Shown: positions 62,542 through 64,000 of the stretch, piece after piece
Numbering within the stretch: the first letter of the stretch is position 1
Layout: each line of letters starts with the position of its first letter
Source of the DNA: a virus
Length of the DNA stretch: 64,000 nucleotides
Strand: one strand, 5' to 3'
IMG/VR virus record: IMGVR_UViG_3300050821_000645
Notes under the pieces: generated by a model
The model's database searches: none
Told to the model about the DNA's origin: nothing
Seen by the model: the letters and a program-made list of their open reading frames with translations, nothing else
Translations under genes and position numbers: made by a program

Positions 62542-63647
62542 CCGACCAGCTGAAGATGGCTGGCATCAGCGTTGGCGGACCGGCGAAGAAGCACCTGGCA
62601 GAGATCGAGGCATCGCAGCGCGCCATAGATGCGGTCGCGGCGGCACGTCGGCACGGCAAGATATTCGTTACCACGCAGGCCGCCGGGGCGAACGACAGCC
62701 CCGAGAAGATCTTGTTCGACGCAGGCAAGCAAACACCGAAGGAGATGATCGATGCTTATTCAGCTAGACGGGCGCATTACGACACTGTGCCACTGGACGT
62801 GGAGGGCAATGTTGTACGTCTCTACAAGGGGCAGTGGACGATTTTCTCGGGATATACAGGGACCGGCAAGACGACGTTTCTTCGTCAGATGGTCTGCCAC
62901 CTTCTCAAGGCAGGCAAGTCAGTATTCGTGGCTACTCTCGAAGCGGATCCCGAGGATTACCTCGTGGAGCTGGCGTCGACCGCTGCCGGTGTCGAAATGG
63001 TGTCAGAGACCCAGCTCGCGGCGTTTCTCGCGGCCTTTGGCGAGCAGATCAAGCTCTGGGGCATCGTGGGAGTTGCGGATCACCGCAAGATCCTGGCGAC
63101 CGTACGTGACCTCGCAAAGCAAGAGGGCGGCCTGGATTACGCTGTTCTAGACAGCCTGATGATGCTCGACATCGAGGAGGACGACATCGACGAGCAGCGC
63201 AAGTTCGCTGGCCTGCTCACAGCCTCCGCGATCACCACCGGGGTGCACATCATACTCGTCGCGCATCCGAAGAAGCCCATGGATGCTGAGGCGCCACCGA
63301 CCGTGCACAACGTCAGCGGCAGCTCGAAGCTGGTGAACCTTGCATTCAACGTGCTCTTCATTCGTCGTGGGCCGCCGGTCGCCGGACAGGACCATAGTAT
63401 CACGCAGATGCAGCTGCATATCCTCAAGCAACGCACGCGTGGCCTGGTGGGCGAGATCACGGGCTGCTTCTACCGGCACCACAACCAGTTCCACCTGGAC
63501 GCATACGCGCAGCAGCCGACGTTTTACATGCTGGCCGAGCATTACCCGGCCAGTGGGCTGACAGAGGACATCCCAGAGCACATACTCAACCGGAATGCGT
63601 TCACCGTGGACCGGGAGACCAGCACCTCGGCGCCCTGGGAAATCTAG
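62538..63647 (+). CDS. DnaB/T7 gp4-like replicative helicase (RecA-fold)
   Basis: Walker A SGYTGTGKTTFL, Walker B-like VLDSLMML, HIILVAHPKK; ATGA coupling to the zinc-finger gene. Confidence 0.65.
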   Translation: MTDQLKMAGISVGGPAKKHLAEIEASQRAIDAVAAARRHGKIFVTTQAAGANDSPEKILFDAGKQTPKEMIDAYSARRAHYDTVPLDVEGNVVRLYKGQWTIFSGYTGTGKTTFLRQMVCHLLKAGKSVFVATLEADPEDYLVELASTAAGVEMVSETQLAAFLAAFGEQIKLWGIVGVADHRKILATVRDLAKQEGGLDYAVLDSLMMLDIEEDDIDEQRKFAGLLTASAITTGVHIILVAHPKKPMDAEAPPTVHNVSGSSKLVNLAFNVLFIRRGPPVAGQDHSITQMQLHILKQRTRGLVGEITGCFYRHHNQFHLDAYAQQPTFYMLAEHYPASGLTEDIPEHILNRNAFTVDRETSTSAPWEI

Positions 63648-63665
63648 TGTGGTATCATAGATGTC

Positions 63666-64000
63666 ATGGCTAAATCTCCAACCCCCGCAGAGAAGGACCG
63701 CATGGACCGCCTCGCCCGATCAGGGTGTGTGGTATGTCGAATACAGCACGGCGCCTACGTGGATGCTGAAATCCAGCATCTCACCGCAGGAGGGCGGCGT
63801 CTTGGTCACCGTCACACCATTCCCCTTTGCGCGTGGCATCACCGAGGCATCTGCGCCGGAAGCATCACCACCCCAGAGATGACCAGGATCTACGGCCCGA
63901 GTTTCGCCAACAGCCGGGCAGAGTTCGAGGGCGCATTCGGCAGTGAAGAGCACCTGCTCGACGAGACAGACAAGTGGTTAGGCGTACCAAGGATCAAACG
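63666..64000 (+). CDS. Ref-like HNH nuclease (partial, runs off window end)
   Basis: frame MAKSPTPAEKDRMDRLARSGCVVCRIQHGAYVDAEIQHLTAGGRRLGHRHTIPLCAWHHRG... shows CxxC...H...H...GH...C..HH typical of P1 Ref-type HNH; no stop before window end. Confidence 0.4.
   Translation, partial: MAKSPTPAEKDRMDRLARSGCVVCRIQHGAYVDAEIQHLTAGGRRLGHRHTIPLCAWHHRGICAGSITTPEMTRIYGPSFANSRAEFEGAFGSEEHLLDETDKWLGVPRIK

Noticed and set aside
1-64000. T7-like (Autographiviridae) identity
   Set aside because: No single-subunit RNA polymerase in the window. The terminase precedes the portal. Promoters look host-sigma70/extended -10 type rather than T7-type 23-mers.

Overview
This window looks like a contiguous piece of a high-GC (about 60-65 % by eye) tailed dsDNA bacteriophage genome. 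It has no rRNA, no CRISPR array, no integrase or repressor, and no host housekeeping genes. I read four blocks.

(1) 1-15,050 (+): an early/replication-type block of many small ORFs. Recognisable genes are a PD-(D/E)XK nuclease-like protein, a metallophosphoesterase, a UvrD-like SF1 helicase with a free-standing HNH endonuclease at its 3' end, a low-molecular-weight tyrosine-phosphatase-like protein, and several zinc-ribbon or HTH proteins.

(2) 15,035-51,536 (+): the morphogenesis block. It runs large terminase, portal (885 aa), small ORFs, a GroES-like co-chaperonin, a tRNA-like element, scaffold, major capsid, then many virion and tail proteins (tail-fibre paralogues, a glycine-rich protein, low-complexity internal proteins of 400-750 aa, a 1,471-aa giant). 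Embedded in it are a lysis cassette (GH108 endolysin plus holin-like protein) and an SPFH-domain protein followed by a DEDD exonuclease.

(3) 51,465-61,550 (-): an accessory/nucleotide-metabolism block. It carries a Prs-like plus NAMPT-like gene pair that matches the NARP1 NAD+ reconstitution anti-defence pathway, a MazG-like pyrophosphatase, a DUF4406 nucleoside deoxyribosyltransferase-like protein, a second DEDD exonuclease, an SSB with a DDDIPF tail, an HNH endonuclease, and a candidate AbiEii/MenT-like nucleotidyltransferase.

(4) 61,795-64,000 (+): the start of a replication module with a primase zinc-binding domain protein, a DnaB/gp4-like helicase and a Ref-like HNH nuclease. It is divergently transcribed from block 3 across an AT-rich regulatory region that contains a sigma70-like promoter, 21-bp direct repeats and a G-tract.

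A family of extended -10-like motifs (TGnTAnAnT) recurs in intergenic spacers. Everything here was read by eye from the sequence and the ORF track. No database search or tRNA/HMM scan was run. All product names are motif-based inferences.
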